Shown: positions 11,682 through 21,317 of the stretch, piece by piece
Layout: every line of letters starts with the position of its first letter
How positions within the stretch are numbered: position 1 is the first letter of the stretch
Assembly: GCF_001457615.1 (NCBI RefSeq)
Contig: NZ_LN831024.1
Coordinates: forward strand, 1,620,001 to 1,652,000
Direction of reading: 5' to 3'
DNA: 32,000 nucleotides
Origin: Pseudomonas aeruginosa
GTDB lineage: Bacteria > Pseudomonadota > Gammaproteobacteria > Pseudomonadales > Pseudomonadaceae
Program-made: the position numbers and the translations under genes
The notes under the pieces: model-generated
Databases searched by the model: none
What the model saw: only the letters and a program-made list of their open reading frames with translations
Told to the model about the DNA's origin: nothing

Positions 11682-11708
11682 GGCCGGTTTCGACCGGCCC
11701 TCTTTTTT
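11682..11708 (+). terminator. Second Rho-independent terminator downstream of lsfA
   Basis: ggccgg-tttcga-ccggcc followed by ctcttttttat. Confidence 0.75.
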
Positions 11709-11828
11709 ATGTGCGCCAGCGCGTCGCCGCGACGCTTTCTTTCCGCCATCCGTTTCCGAAACCGGCTCTGACTTGCCCGCCAGACGGGGAGAAGGCTCGC
11801 TCATCCACCTCCTTCCAGGAGCAGACGC

Positions 11829-12833
11829 ATGATCGCCGCTCTCCGTCGCTGCCGGGCCTGGCTGGCCCTGCTCGCCGTTCTTGCCGTGTTTCCCGCGGCC
11901 GAAGCCGCCGACGCCCCCGCTGAAATCCGTCTCGACTATGCCTACTACGCCCCCACCAGCCTGGCGCTCAGGAAGTTCGGCTGGCTGGAGAAAAGCCTGG
12001 ACGGCAGCGGAACCCGGGTGCGCTGGGTGTTCAGCCAGGGCAGCAACCGTTCCCTGGAGTACCTCAACGCCGGCAGCGTCGATTTCGCCTCGACCGCCGG
12101 CCTCGCCGCGGTACTCGCGCGGGCCAACGGCAGCCCGGTACGTACCGTATACGTCGCCAGCCGCCCGGAGTGGACCGCGCTGCTGGTGCGCAAGGATTCG
12201 CCGATCCGCAGCCTCGCCGAACTCAAGGGGCGCAAGGTGGCTGCCACCAAGGGCACCGATCCCTACCTGTTCCTGCTCCGCAGCCTGCACAGCGTGGGCC
12301 TGGACAAGAACGACCTGCGTATCGTCCACCTGCAGCATCCCGACGGCCGGGTAGCCCTGGAGAAGGGCCAGGTCGACGCCTGGGCCGGGCTCGATCCGCA
12401 CATGGCGGCCAGCGAGTTGCAGGCCGGCTCGCGGCTGCTCTACCGCAACCTCGGCTTCAACAGCTACGGCGTGCTCAATGTCCGCGAGGATTTCGCCGAA
12501 GGCCATCCGCAACTGATCCGCCAGGTGCTGGCGGCCTACGAGCAGGCGCGCCACTGGGTGATCGGGCATCCCGACGAGGCCGCGCAACTGCTTGCCGAGG
12601 AAGCCGGCCTGCCGCTGGAAGTGGCTCGCCTGCAACTGTCGCGCACCGATTTCAGCCAGCCGCTGCCGGGCGCCGAACAGGTCGCCGCGCTCAAGGCCGC
12701 GGCGCCGATCCTGGCGGACGAGCGCCTGGTGCGGCCGGGCGTGGACGTGCAGAAGGTGGTCGACGAACTGATCGCGCCGCAGTGGGCCGCCGAGGTCATC
12801 GGCGGTGCCCCGTTGGCGCGCACGGAGCCCTGA
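11829..12833 (+). CDS. ABC transporter periplasmic substrate-binding protein, aliphatic sulfonate-type (SsuA paralogue)
   Basis: Signal peptide MIAALRRCRAWLALLAVLAVFPAAEAAD; IRLDYAYYAPTSLALRKFGWLEKSL; [24 protein letters not shown] paralogous to the SsuA encoded at 15274. Confidence 0.9.
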   Translation: MIAALRRCRAWLALLAVLAVFPAAEAADAPAEIRLDYAYYAPTSLALRKFGWLEKSLDGSGTRVRWVFSQGSNRSLEYLNAGSVDFASTAGLAAVLARANGSPVRTVYVASRPEWTALLVRKDSPIRSLAELKGRKVAATKGTDPYLFLLRSLHSVGLDKNDLRIVHLQHPDGRVALEKGQVDAWAGLDPHMAASELQAGSRLLYRNLGFNSYGVLNVREDFAEGHPQLIRQVLAAYEQARHWVIGHPDEAAQLLAEEAGLPLEVARLQLSRTDFSQPLPGAEQVAALKAAAPILADERLVRPGVDVQKVVDELIAPQWAAEVIGGAPLARTEP

Positions 12834-12836
12834 GCC

Positions 12837-13661
12837 ATGGTCAGCCAGAGCCTGCGACTGGCCCGGCGAGTCTCGCGCCGGGCGTGGCGACTGCGCGTGC
12901 CGGGCGCCTGGCGGGCCTGGGCCTTGCCGCTGCTGGCGCTATCGTCGTGGGAAGCGCTGGTGCGCCTGGGCTGGCTGCCGGCCTACCAGATGCCAGCGCC
13001 GAGCGGCATCCTGCTGACCCTGGTGGAACTGGCTCGCGGCGAGCTGTGGGGGCATGTCGGCGCGAGCCTGGCGCGGGTCGCCGCCGGTTTCGCGATCGGC
13101 AGCGGCCTGGCCCTGGCGGTCGGAACCTGGGTCGGCCTCAGTCGTCGCGCCGAAGCCTACCTCGAGCCGAGCTTCCAGGCCCTGCGGGCGATCCCCAGCC
13201 TGGCCTGGGTGCCCCTGCTGCTGCTCTGGTTCGGCATCGACGAGACGCCGAAGATCGTCCTCATCGCCCTCGGCGCCTTCTTCCCGGTCTACCTCGCGCT
13301 GGTCGCCGGGGTACGCGGGGTCGATCGCAAGTGGGTGGAACTGGGGCGGCTCTACCGTTTGTCGCGCTTCGCCCTGGTCCGCCGCATCCTCCTTCCGGCG
13401 GCGCTGCCGAACCTGTTCACCGGCCTGCGCGGGGCGCTCAGCCTGAGCTGGATGTTCCTCGTCGCGGCGGAGCTGATCGCCGCCACCCAGGGCCTCGGCT
13501 ATCTGCTCAGCGACGGTCGGGAAACCTCGCGTCCGGACCTGGTGATCGTCGCGATCCTGGTCCTGGCGGCCCTCGGCAAGCTCAGCGATGGCCTGCTCCG
13601 CTCGCTGGAGCGCCGGGCCCTGCGCTGGCGCGACAGCTTCGACGGGGAGGGCGGCGCATGA
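12837..13661 (+). CDS. ABC transporter permease (SsuC/TauC-like)
   Basis: Polytopic; AIPSLAWVPLLLLWFGIDETPKIVLIALGAFFPVYLALVAGVRGVD; paralogous to SsuC at 17492. Confidence 0.92.
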   Translation: MVSQSLRLARRVSRRAWRLRVPGAWRAWALPLLALSSWEALVRLGWLPAYQMPAPSGILLTLVELARGELWGHVGASLARVAAGFAIGSGLALAVGTWVGLSRRAEAYLEPSFQALRAIPSLAWVPLLLLWFGIDETPKIVLIALGAFFPVYLALVAGVRGVDRKWVELGRLYRLSRFALVRRILLPAALPNLFTGLRGALSLSWMFLVAAELIAATQGLGYLLSDGRETSRPDLVIVAILVLAALGKLSDGLLRSLERRALRWRDSFDGEGGA

Positions 13662-14407
13662 GCGGCCTGCTCGACCTGCTGGAGATTCGCAAGGCCTATG
13701 GCGATACGCGGGTGCTGGAGGGCGTGGCGCTGTCGCTGGCGCCCGGCGAGGTGGTCAGCCTGCTCGGCCCCAGCGGTTGCGGCAAGAGCACCCTGCTGCG
13801 GATCGCCGCCGGACTGGACGATGACTTCCAGGGCACTGTCGAACGCAACCCGATCCTCGGCTTCGGCCCGGACGGCGAGAACGGCCGCAGCGGCGGAATC
13901 GGCGTGGTGTTCCAGGAGCCGCGCCTGTTGCCCTGGCTGACGGTGGCGCAGAACGTCGGTTTCGCCGACGGCTGGCTGGAGGACGAGCACTGGGTCGAGC
14001 GCCTGCTCGCCGATGTCGGACTGGCCGGCTGCGGAGGATTGCTGCCCAAGCAACTGTCCGGCGGCATGGCGCAGCGCGCGGCGATCGCCCGCGGTCTCTA
14101 CGGACGGCCGCAGGTGCTGTTGCTCGACGAGCCGTTCAGCGCGGTCGACGCCTTCACCCGCATGCGCCTCCAGGACCTGCTGCAGGACGTGGTGCAGAAC
14201 TACGAGATCAGCGTCCTGCTGGTCACCCACGATCTCGACGAGGCGTTCTATCTCGCCGACCGCGTGCTGCTGATGGGCGGCCGTCCCGGACACATCCGCC
14301 GCGAGTTCCACGTACCGCTGGCGCGTCCCCGCGATCGTCGGGCGGTGGAGCTGGCCTACTTGCGCGGCGAGGCCCTGACCGAAATGCAGCGGGCGCACGT
14401 GCTCTGA
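13658..14407 (+). CDS. ABC transporter ATP-binding protein (SsuB/TauB-like)
   Basis: [53 protein letters not shown]; LSGGMAQRAAIARGLYGRPQVLLLDEPFSAVD; ATGA overlap with the permease. Confidence 0.93.
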   Translation: MSGLLDLLEIRKAYGDTRVLEGVALSLAPGEVVSLLGPSGCGKSTLLRIAAGLDDDFQGTVERNPILGFGPDGENGRSGGIGVVFQEPRLLPWLTVAQNVGFADGWLEDEHWVERLLADVGLAGCGGLLPKQLSGGMAQRAAIARGLYGRPQVLLLDEPFSAVDAFTRMRLQDLLQDVVQNYEISVLLVTHDLDEAFYLADRVLLMGGRPGHIRREFHVPLARPRDRRAVELAYLRGEALTEMQRAHVL

Positions 14408-14448
14408 GGCAAGACCCCGAACCGGGTTCTTATATGCTTTATGGAATA

Positions 14449-14473
14449 AATAAATGAATAAAAAACATTTATT
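14449..14473. promoter_or_regulatory. AT-rich 8-bp inverted repeat upstream of ssuE
   Basis: AATAAATG (14449-14456) - aataaaaaa - CATTTATT (14466-14473), perfect arms, in an AT-rich intergenic region of an otherwise GC-rich window. Confidence 0.5.
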
Positions 14474-14561
14474 GGAATATGAGGCCGCCTGTTAAGGTCT
14501 ATGCAACTTGGTTAGCAAGCCAAACGAATATTCTGTTTTCCGGTTATAAGGAATCCCCCCC

Positions 14562-15155
14562 ATGCTCGTCGTTTCCATCGCCGGAAGTCCCAGCGTACGC
14601 TCCCGCTCCGGGGTGTTGCTGGAGCGTGCCAGGGACTGGCTGAGCCGTCGCGGCGTCGAGGTGGCCAGCCACCAGGTGCTGGATTTTCCCGCCGAGGACC
14701 TGCTGCGTGCCCGCCTCGACAGTCCGCCGGTACTGGCGCTGGCCGAGCAGATCGGCCGCGCCGACGGCCTGCTGGTCGCCACCCCGGTGTACAAGGCCTC
14801 GTTTTCCGGCGCGCTGAAGGTCCTGCTCGACCTGTTGCCCGAGCGCGCCCTGGAGCACAAGGTGGTGCTGCCGTTCGCTACCGGTGGCAGCAGCGCGCAC
14901 ATGCTGGCCGTGGACTATGCATTGAAGCCGGTCCTGGCCGCGCTCAAGGCCCAGGAGGTACTGCATGGCGTATTCGCCGTGGACAAGCAGATCGCCTACG
15001 CCACCGAGAGCGACCCGGCGCGCCTGGAACCGGTCCTCGAGCAGCGCCTGGAAAACGCCCTGGAAACCTTCCACCTGGCCCTCTCGCGACGGCCGCAGCC
15101 GATCGACCCGCAGTTGCTCAACGAGCGCCTGGTGAACGCCCGCTGGAGCATCTGA
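14562..15155 (+). CDS. ssuE: NAD(P)H-dependent FMN reductase
   Basis: [48 protein letters not shown]...[56 protein letters not shown]; heads the ssu operon. Confidence 0.95.
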   Translation: MLVVSIAGSPSVRSRSGVLLERARDWLSRRGVEVASHQVLDFPAEDLLRARLDSPPVLALAEQIGRADGLLVATPVYKASFSGALKVLLDLLPERALEHKVVLPFATGGSSAHMLAVDYALKPVLAALKAQEVLHGVFAVDKQIAYATESDPARLEPVLEQRLENALETFHLALSRRPQPIDPQLLNERLVNARWSI

Positions 15156-15273
15156 TCCGTCCGCCGCCAGCGCACGCGCGCCGCGGCCCGATTGCACAAC
15201 GCACACACGACGACCTCACTGTTCCGTCAACGGCGCGGCAGGTTCGGCACCCACAACGACAAAGGAGAGCGCC

Positions 15274-16245
15274 ATGCGCACCATCGCTTTGCGTCTTGGA
15301 CTGGCGGCCCTGCTGGTGGCGGCCCTGTCCTACGGCGTTCAGGCCGACGAGAAGTCGGCCAACACCCTGCGGATCGGCTACCAGAAATACGGCACCCTGG
15401 TCCTGCTCAAGGCCCGCGGCACCCTGGAGAAACGTCTCGCCGAAGACGGCGTGAAGGTGCAATGGGCCGAGTTTCCCGGTGGCCCGCAACTGCTCGAGGG
15501 ACTCAATGTCGGCAGCATCGACTTCGGCGTGACCGGCGAAACCCCGCCGGTCTTCGCCCAGGCCGCCGGCGCCGACCTGCTCTACGTGGCCTACGAACCG
15601 CCGGCGCCGACCAGCGAGGCGATCCTCCTGCCGAAGGACTCGCCGATTCGGTCGGTGGCCGAGCTGAAGGGCAGGAAAGTCGCCCTGAACAAGGGCTCCA
15701 ACGTGCATTACCTGTTGGTCCGCGCCCTCGAGCAGGCCGGCCTGAAGTACAGCGACATCCAACCCGTCTACCTGCCGCCGGCCGACGCCCGCGCCGCCTT
15801 CGAGCGTCACAGCGTCGACGCCTGGGTGATCTGGGACCCCTACCAGGCCGCCGCCGAGAAGCAGTTGTCCGCGCGGGTCCTGGTGGATGGTCGCGAGCTG
15901 GTCGACAACCACCAGTTCTACCTCGCCACCCGGACTTACGCGCAACGGCATCCGCAGGTGCTCGACAAGCTGGTGGACGAGATCCGCGAGGTCGGTGACT
16001 GGTCGCGGGCCAACCCGCAGCAGGTGACCGAGCAGGTCGCGCCGCTGCTCGGGCTGCCCGCCGACATCACCCTGACCGCGGTGAAGCGCCAGGGCTACGG
16101 CGCGCAGTTGATCACCCCGGCGGTGGTCGAGGCGCAGCAGAAGATCGCCGACACCTTCACCCAGCTGAAGCTGATTCCCAAACCGCTGAGCATCAAGGAC
16201 GTGATCTGGACGCCACCGGCCGGCAAGGTCGCCAGCGCACCCTGA
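15274..16245 (+). CDS. ssuA: Aliphatic sulfonate ABC transporter substrate-binding protein
   Basis: Signal peptide; [63 protein letters not shown]. Confidence 0.95.
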   Translation: MRTIALRLGLAALLVAALSYGVQADEKSANTLRIGYQKYGTLVLLKARGTLEKRLAEDGVKVQWAEFPGGPQLLEGLNVGSIDFGVTGETPPVFAQAAGADLLYVAYEPPAPTSEAILLPKDSPIRSVAELKGRKVALNKGSNVHYLLVRALEQAGLKYSDIQPVYLPPADARAAFERHSVDAWVIWDPYQAAAEKQLSARVLVDGRELVDNHQFYLATRTYAQRHPQVLDKLVDEIREVGDWSRANPQQVTEQVAPLLGLPADITLTAVKRQGYGAQLITPAVVEAQQKIADTFTQLKLIPKPLSIKDVIWTPPAGKVASAP

Positions 16246-16322
16246 GCCCGTACCGCCCACATACCGACACGATCATCGCGCGGCTACGCCACGCCGGCGC
16301 GCTCACCCTGGAGTCAATTGCG

Positions 16323-17471
16323 ATGAGCCTCGAGATTTTCTGGTTCCTTCCCACCCACGGCGACGGCCACTACCTGGGCACCACCCAGGGCGCCCGTGCC
16401 GTCGACCACGGCTACCTGCAGCAGATCGCCCAGGCCGCCGACCGCCTGGGCTTCGGCGGCGTACTGATCCCCACCGGACGTTCCTGCGAGGACTCCTGGC
16501 TGGTCGCCGCCTCGCTGATCCCGGTAACCCAGCGCCTGAAGTTCCTCGTCGCGCTGCGTCCCGGGATCATTTCGCCGACCGTCGCCGCGCGCCAGGCGGC
16601 GACCCTGGACCGGCTGTCCAACGGCCGCGCGCTGTTCAACCTGGTCACCGGCGGCGATCCCGACGAACTGGCTGGCGACGGCCTGCACCTGAGCCACGCC
16701 GAACGCTACGAGGCCTCGGTCGAATTCACCCGCATCTGGCGTCGTGTGCTGGAGGGCGAGACCGTCGACTACGCCGGCAAGCACATCCAGGTGAAGGGCG
16801 CCAAACTGCTCTATCCGCCGTTGCAGCAGCCGCGTCCGCCGCTGTACTTCGGCGGCTCCTCGGAGGCCGCCCAGGACCTCGCCGCCGAGCAGGTCGAGCT
16901 GTACCTGACCTGGGGCGAGCCGCCGGCGGCGGTTGCCGAGAAGATCGCCCAGGTACGCGAGAAGGCCGCCCGCCAGGGCCGCCAGGTGCGCTTCGGGATC
17001 CGCCTGCACGTGATCGTCCGCGAGACCAGCGAGGAAGCCTGGCAGGCCGCCGATCGCCTGATCGCGCACCTCGACGACGACACCATCGCCCGCGCCCAGG
17101 CCTCCCTGGCGCGCTTCGACTCGGTCGGCCAGCAACGCATGGCCGCGCTGCACGGCGGTTCGCGCGACAACCTGGAAGTCAGCCCCAATCTCTGGGCCGG
17201 CGTCGGCCTGGTGCGCGGCGGCGCCGGCACCGCGCTGGTCGGCGACGGGCCGACGGTGGCGGCGCGGGTCAGGGAGTACGCCGAGCTGGGCATCGATACC
17301 TTCATCTTCTCCGGCTATCCGCACCTGGAAGAGTCCTACCGGGTCGCCGAACTGCTGTTCCCGCACCTCGACGTGCAGCGCCCGGCGCAGCCCGAGGGAC
17401 GCGGCTATGTCAGCCCGTTCGGCGAGATGGTGGCCAACGACATCCTGCCCCGGCAGGCCGCGCAGAGTTGA
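16323..17471 (+). CDS. ssuD: FMNH2-dependent alkanesulfonate monooxygenase
   Basis: [81 protein letters not shown], bacterial luciferase-like family. Confidence 0.97.
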   Translation: MSLEIFWFLPTHGDGHYLGTTQGARAVDHGYLQQIAQAADRLGFGGVLIPTGRSCEDSWLVAASLIPVTQRLKFLVALRPGIISPTVAARQAATLDRLSNGRALFNLVTGGDPDELAGDGLHLSHAERYEASVEFTRIWRRVLEGETVDYAGKHIQVKGAKLLYPPLQQPRPPLYFGGSSEAAQDLAAEQVELYLTWGEPPAAVAEKIAQVREKAARQGRQVRFGIRLHVIVRETSEEAWQAADRLIAHLDDDTIARAQASLARFDSVGQQRMAALHGGSRDNLEVSPNLWAGVGLVRGGAGTALVGDGPTVAARVREYAELGIDTFIFSGYPHLEESYRVAELLFPHLDVQRPAQPEGRGYVSPFGEMVANDILPRQAAQS

Positions 17472-17491
17472 GAGCGGTCGGAGCGAACGAC

Positions 17492-18280
17492 ATGAGCATT
17501 TCCAAACGACTGGCCGAGCGCCTGGCGCCCTGGGCGCTGCCGCTGGTCCTGCTGGCGGTGTGGCAGGCGGCGGTTGAGTTCGGCTGGCTGTCCAGCCGCA
17601 TCCTCCCCGCGCCCAGCGCCGTACTCGAGGCCGGCTGGGCGCTGCTGCGCAGCGGCGAGATCTGGCAGCACCTGGCGATCAGCGGCTGGCGCGCGGCGAT
17701 CGGCTTTCTCATCGGCGGCGCCATCGGCCTGGTGCTGGGCTTCGTCACCGGCCTGTCGAAGTGGGGCGAACGCTTCCTCGACAGTTCGGTGCAGATGATC
17801 CGCAACGTGCCGCACCTGGCGCTGATCCCGCTGGTGATCCTGTGGTTCGGCATCGACGAGTCGGCGAAGATCTTCCTGGTCGCCCTCGGCACGCTGTTCC
17901 CGATCTACCTGAACACCTACCACGGCATCCGCGGCATCGACCCCGGCCTGCTGGAGATGGCGCGCAGCTACGGGTTGTCCGGCTTCGCCCTGTTCCGCCA
18001 GGTGATCCTGCCCGGCGCGCTGCCGTCGATCCTGGTCGGGGTGCGCTTCGCCCTCGGCTTCATGTGGTTGACCCTGATCGTCGCCGAGACCATTTCCGCC
18101 AGCTCCGGCATCGGTTACCTGGCGATGAACGCCCGCGAGTTCCTGCAGACCGACGTGGTGGTCCTGGCGATCCTGCTCTATGCCGTCCTCGGCAAGCTCG
18201 CCGACCTCGCCGCCCGCGGCCTGGAACGCGTCTGGCTACGCTGGCACCCGGCCTACCAGGTCAAGGGAGGTGGCGCATGA
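17492..18280 (+). CDS. ssuC: Aliphatic sulfonate ABC transporter permease
   Basis: [48 protein letters not shown]...; start at 17492 preferred over 17468. Confidence 0.94.
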
Positions 18281-19101
18281 ATGCCCACAACGCCGCCCTT
18301 GGCGGCACTCCGCAGCGCCTCAAGCGCGGTATCCCGCTGGCCCTGCGCGGAGTGGCGCGGCGCTTCGGCGAGCGCGAGGTGCTCAAGGACATCGACCTGC
18401 TGGTTCCGGCCGGGCAGTTCGTCGCTATCGTTGGCCGCAGCGGCTGCGGCAAGAGCACCTTGCTGCGCCTGCTGGCCGGCCTCGACCAGCCCAGCCGCGG
18501 CGAGTTGCTGGCCGGCTCGGCGGCGCTGGCCGAGGCCCGCGAGGACACCCGGCTGATGTTCCAGGACTCGCGCCTGCTGCCGTGGAAGCGGGTGATCGAC
18601 AACGTCGGCCTTGGCCTGCGCGGCGACTGGCGGGCGAAGGCCCTGCAGGCGCTGCGGGCGGTCGGCCTGGCCGAGCGTGCCAACGAGTGGCCGGCGGCCC
18701 TGTCCGGCGGGCAGAAGCAGCGCGTCGCGCTGGCTCGCGCGCTGATCCACGAGCCGCGCCTGCTGTTGCTCGACGAGCCGCTCGGCGCGCTCGATGCGCT
18801 GACCCGGATCGAGATGCAGCAACTGATCGAAGGACTCTGGCGCGAACACGGTTTCACCGTCCTGCTGGTCACCCACGACGTCAGCGAGGCGGTGGCGGTG
18901 GCCGACCGGGTGATCCTCATCGAGGACGGCGAGATCGGCCTCGACCTGCCGGTGGAACTGCCCCGGCCGCGCTCGCGTGGCTCGGCGCGACTGGCCGCGC
19001 TGGAAGCCGAAGTGCTCAACCGGGTGCTGGCGCAGCCGGAGCTGCCGCCGCAACCCGAGCCCGTTTCACCCCTGCCCACGCAACTGCGCTGGGCGCTCTA
19101 A
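18277..19101 (+). CDS. ssuB: Aliphatic sulfonate ABC transporter ATP-binding protein
   Basis: [73 protein letters not shown]; [15 protein letters not shown]; ATGA overlap with ssuC. Confidence 0.95.
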
Positions 19102-19141
19102 GCAACCATGCCTCGTTCCGAATCCCCCCAGGAGAAACGCC

Positions 19142-19357
19142 ATGACCATCAAAGCCATCAACGTTCGTAACCAGTTCAAGGGCACCGTGAAGGAAATCAT
19201 CGAAGGGCCGGTGCTCTCCGAGATCGACGTGCAGACCGCCGCCGGGATCGTCACTTCGGTGATCACCACGCGTTCGGTGAAGGAACTGGAGCTGGCCATC
19301 GGTAGCGAAGTGATCGCCTTCGTCAAGTCCACCGAGGTATCCATCGCCAAGCTGTGA
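19142..19357 (+). CDS. ssuF: Molybdopterin-binding (Mop domain) protein of the ssu operon
   Basis: 71 aa MTIKAINVRNQFKGTVKEIIEGPVLSEIDVQTAAGIVTSVITTRSVKELELAIGSEVIAFVKSTEVSIAKL: canonical Mop/TOBE-like domain. Confidence 0.93.
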   Translation: MTIKAINVRNQFKGTVKEIIEGPVLSEIDVQTAAGIVTSVITTRSVKELELAIGSEVIAFVKSTEVSIAKL

Positions 19358-19390
19358 CGCTGGCTGCGCCGCGCTTGCGGCGGCGAGAAG

Positions 19391-19422
19391 GGCGGGGACC
19401 CCGATGGGGCCCCGCCTTTTTT
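19391..19422 (+). terminator. Rho-independent terminator after ssuF
   Basis: ggcggggaccccgatggggccccgccttttttcg: GGCGGGG/CCCCGCC stem followed by a T6 tract. Confidence 0.85.
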
Positions 19423-19484
19423 CGTCGCGTATCGGCAAGGCCGGCCGGTGGCGACGGCTGGCGTGGGTCGCTATGGAGCGGTCG

Positions 19485-19517
19485 GTAGGGCGAATAACCG
19501 CTCGCGGTTATCCGCCG
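19485..19517. repeat. REP-like palindromic element (locus B)
   Basis: gtagggcgaataaccgctcgcggttatccgccg; convergent intergenic gap. Confidence 0.85.
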
Positions 19518-19536
19518 TGGGGGCGACCGGGACTTC

Positions 19537-19875
19537 TCAGCCCCGGCGCGACAGGGGCTGGCGCTCGAAATGCACGCCGGCCAGGCCGGTCTGTTGCAGG
19601 GCGCGGATGTTGGCGTGGTCGTCGCCTTCCGGGTTGTCGCGCACCGCACGGTAGTGCTCGCCGAAGGCCAGCAGGGTTTCCTCGAGGCTGAGGCCCTCGA
19701 GGATGGCGAAGCCCAGGGTCTTGCAGGAACCTTCGTTCTGCCCGGCCGGGTTGCTCACGCTGCCGTTGTCGAAGGCGCTCGGCGTGTAGCTGTAGTGCTC
19801 GGCGATGAACGCCAGGGTGTCGGTGAACAGGTGGTGTTCGCTGCGCAGACGCGCGCGGAAGTCGGTCAGGGTCAT
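19537..19875 (-). CDS. HopJ family protein (112 aa)
   Basis: MTLTDFRARLRSEHHLFTDTLAFIAEHYSYTPSAFDNGSVSNPAGQNEGSCKTLGFAILEGLSLEETLLAFGEHYRAVRDNPEGDDHANIRALQQTG resembles the HopJ family. Confidence 0.8.
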   Translation of the reverse strand: MTLTDFRARLRSEHHLFTDTLAFIAEHYSYTPSAFDNGSVSNPAGQNEGSCKTLGFAILEGLSLEETLLAFGEHYRAVRDNPEGDDHANIRALQQTGLAGVHFERQPLSRRG

Positions 19876-19926
19876 CGAAACAGGCTCATGGTGTCTGGGG
19901 CAGGGTTGGCAAGGGGCCCGGTGGCC

Positions 19927-20238
19927 TCAGGCGTTGCCCTGGCTCTTGGCGAAGGCGGCCTGTTGTTCCGGGCTCGCTTCTTTCTGGTACTTGGCTTTCC
20001 ACTCGGCATAGGGCATGCCGTAGATCTCTTCGCGGGCCTGGTCATTGCTGACTTCCACCCCGAGGTCGTCGGCGGCGGCCTTGTACCACTTGGACAGGCA
20101 GTTGCGGCAGAAACCGGCGAGGTTCATCAGGTCGATGTTCTGCACGTCCTTGCGGGTCTGCAAATGATGGACCAGGGTGCGGAAGGCGGCGGCTTCGAGT
20201 TCCAGGCGTTGCTGTTCGGTGAGGTTGGCTGCGGTCAT
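19927..20238 (-). CDS. DUF1244 family protein (103 aa)
   Basis: MTAANLTEQQRLELEAAAFRTLVHHLQTRKDVQNIDLMNLAGFCRNCLSKWYKAAADDLGVEVSNDQAREEIYGMPYAEWKAKYQ; start at 20238 chosen over 20280. Confidence 0.85.
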   Translation of the reverse strand: MTAANLTEQQRLELEAAAFRTLVHHLQTRKDVQNIDLMNLAGFCRNCLSKWYKAAADDLGVEVSNDQAREEIYGMPYAEWKAKYQKEASPEQQAAFAKSQGNA

Positions 20239-20366
20239 GGCGGTGTTTCTCGACGATGGCTCGGGGCAGGGTGAAGGCACAGGGCCAGGTCCGGCGATGA
20301 TAAGAGTTGGCGCGGCCGGCGGGCAACGCTTGTGCGCGTCTTCGCGCGGTTCGCTCGTCGGCCGCC

Positions 20367-20738
20367 TCAGCGGTGGCCGGCGAGGGTGATCGAGACCGAC
20401 TCGGCGAAGCGCAGCGCGTGCGGCTTGTCCACTTCCACCTCGGCGTAGCGCACCGCCGGGTTCTCCATCACCAGGTCGAGGATTTCCTGGGTCATCCGTT
20501 CGAGCAGGGCGAAGCGGTTCTCCTCGACGTGGCGGATGATCGCCTTGGTGATGGTGCGGTAGTTCAGCGCGTGCTCGATGTCGTTGACCTCCACGGCGTC
20601 CGCGGCCGGGTAGAGGATGGTCAGGTTGATCAGCACGTCCTGCTTGTTGAGGATTTCCTCCTCCTTGATCCCGATGAAGGTGCGCAGGCGCAGGTCCTTG
20701 ACGCGGATTCGCGCCATTCCCGGTTCCAGTCGCGGCAT
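20367..20738 (-). CDS. folX: Dihydroneopterin triphosphate 2'-epimerase
   Basis: [87 protein letters not shown]; directly downstream of folE. Confidence 0.93.
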   Translation of the reverse strand: MPRLEPGMARIRVKDLRLRTFIGIKEEEILNKQDVLINLTILYPAADAVEVNDIEHALNYRTITKAIIRHVEENRFALLERMTQEILDLVMENPAVRYAEVEVDKPHALRFAESVSITLAGHR

Positions 20739-20739
20739 G

Positions 20740-21300
20740 TCACTTGCTCCTTCCGATCAATTGCAGAAATTCCTGGCGGGTGGTGTTCGAGTCGCGGAAC
20801 GCGCCGAGCATCACCGAGGTGAACATCTGCGAGTTCTGCTTCTCCACCCCGCGCATCATCATGCACATGTGCTGGGCCTCGATCACTACCGCCACGCCGG
20901 CGGCGCTGGTCACCTGGCGGACCGCCTCGGCGATCTGCCGGGTGAGGTTCTCCTGGATCTGCAGGCGGCGGGCGAACATGTCGACGATCCGCGCCACCTT
21001 CGACAGGCCGAGCACCTTGCCGGTGGGAATGTACGCCACATGAGCCTTGCCGATGAAGGGCAGGAGGTGGTGTTCGCACAGGGAGTACAGCTCGATGTCG
21101 CGGACGATGACCATTTCATCGTTGTCCGAGGCGAACAGCGCGCCGTTGACGATTTCCTCCAGGGTCTGGCCATAGCCGTGGCAGAGGTACTGCATGGCCT
21201 TGGCCGCGCGCTTCGGGGTGTCGAGCAGGCCTTCGCGCTGCGGGTCTTCGCCGAGACCGACGAGGATCTCCCGGTAATGCTGGGAAAGTGCTGGGTTCAT
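20740..21300 (-). CDS. folE: GTP cyclohydrolase I (FolE type)
   Basis: [45 protein letters not shown]...[56 protein letters not shown], 186 aa. Confidence 0.97.
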   Translation of the reverse strand: MNPALSQHYREILVGLGEDPQREGLLDTPKRAAKAMQYLCHGYGQTLEEIVNGALFASDNDEMVIVRDIELYSLCEHHLLPFIGKAHVAYIPTGKVLGLSKVARIVDMFARRLQIQENLTRQIAEAVRQVTSAAGVAVVIEAQHMCMMMRGVEKQNSQMFTSVMLGAFRDSNTTRQEFLQLIGRSK

Positions 21301-21317
21301 AAGGGGTCCTTGGCGCC

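Noticed and set aside
12170-13657. N-terminal extension of the 745-aa ORF 12170..14407 as a giant fused ABC protein.
   Set aside because: The portion before 13658 overlaps the binding-protein and permease genes in a different frame and is R/G/A-rich; the real ATPase begins MSGLLDLLEIRKAYG at 13658.
16314-17366. 350-aa minus-strand ORF opposite ssuD, and similar ORFs opposite mqo (8613..10310), ssuA, thiolase and others.
   Set aside because: Mirror-frame ORFs of well-supported genes; composition typical of antisense translation.
19537-19875. HopJ-family gene as a type III effector.
   Set aside because: The family name derives from a P. syringae candidate effector; here it is embedded among housekeeping genes with no secretion genes nearby.
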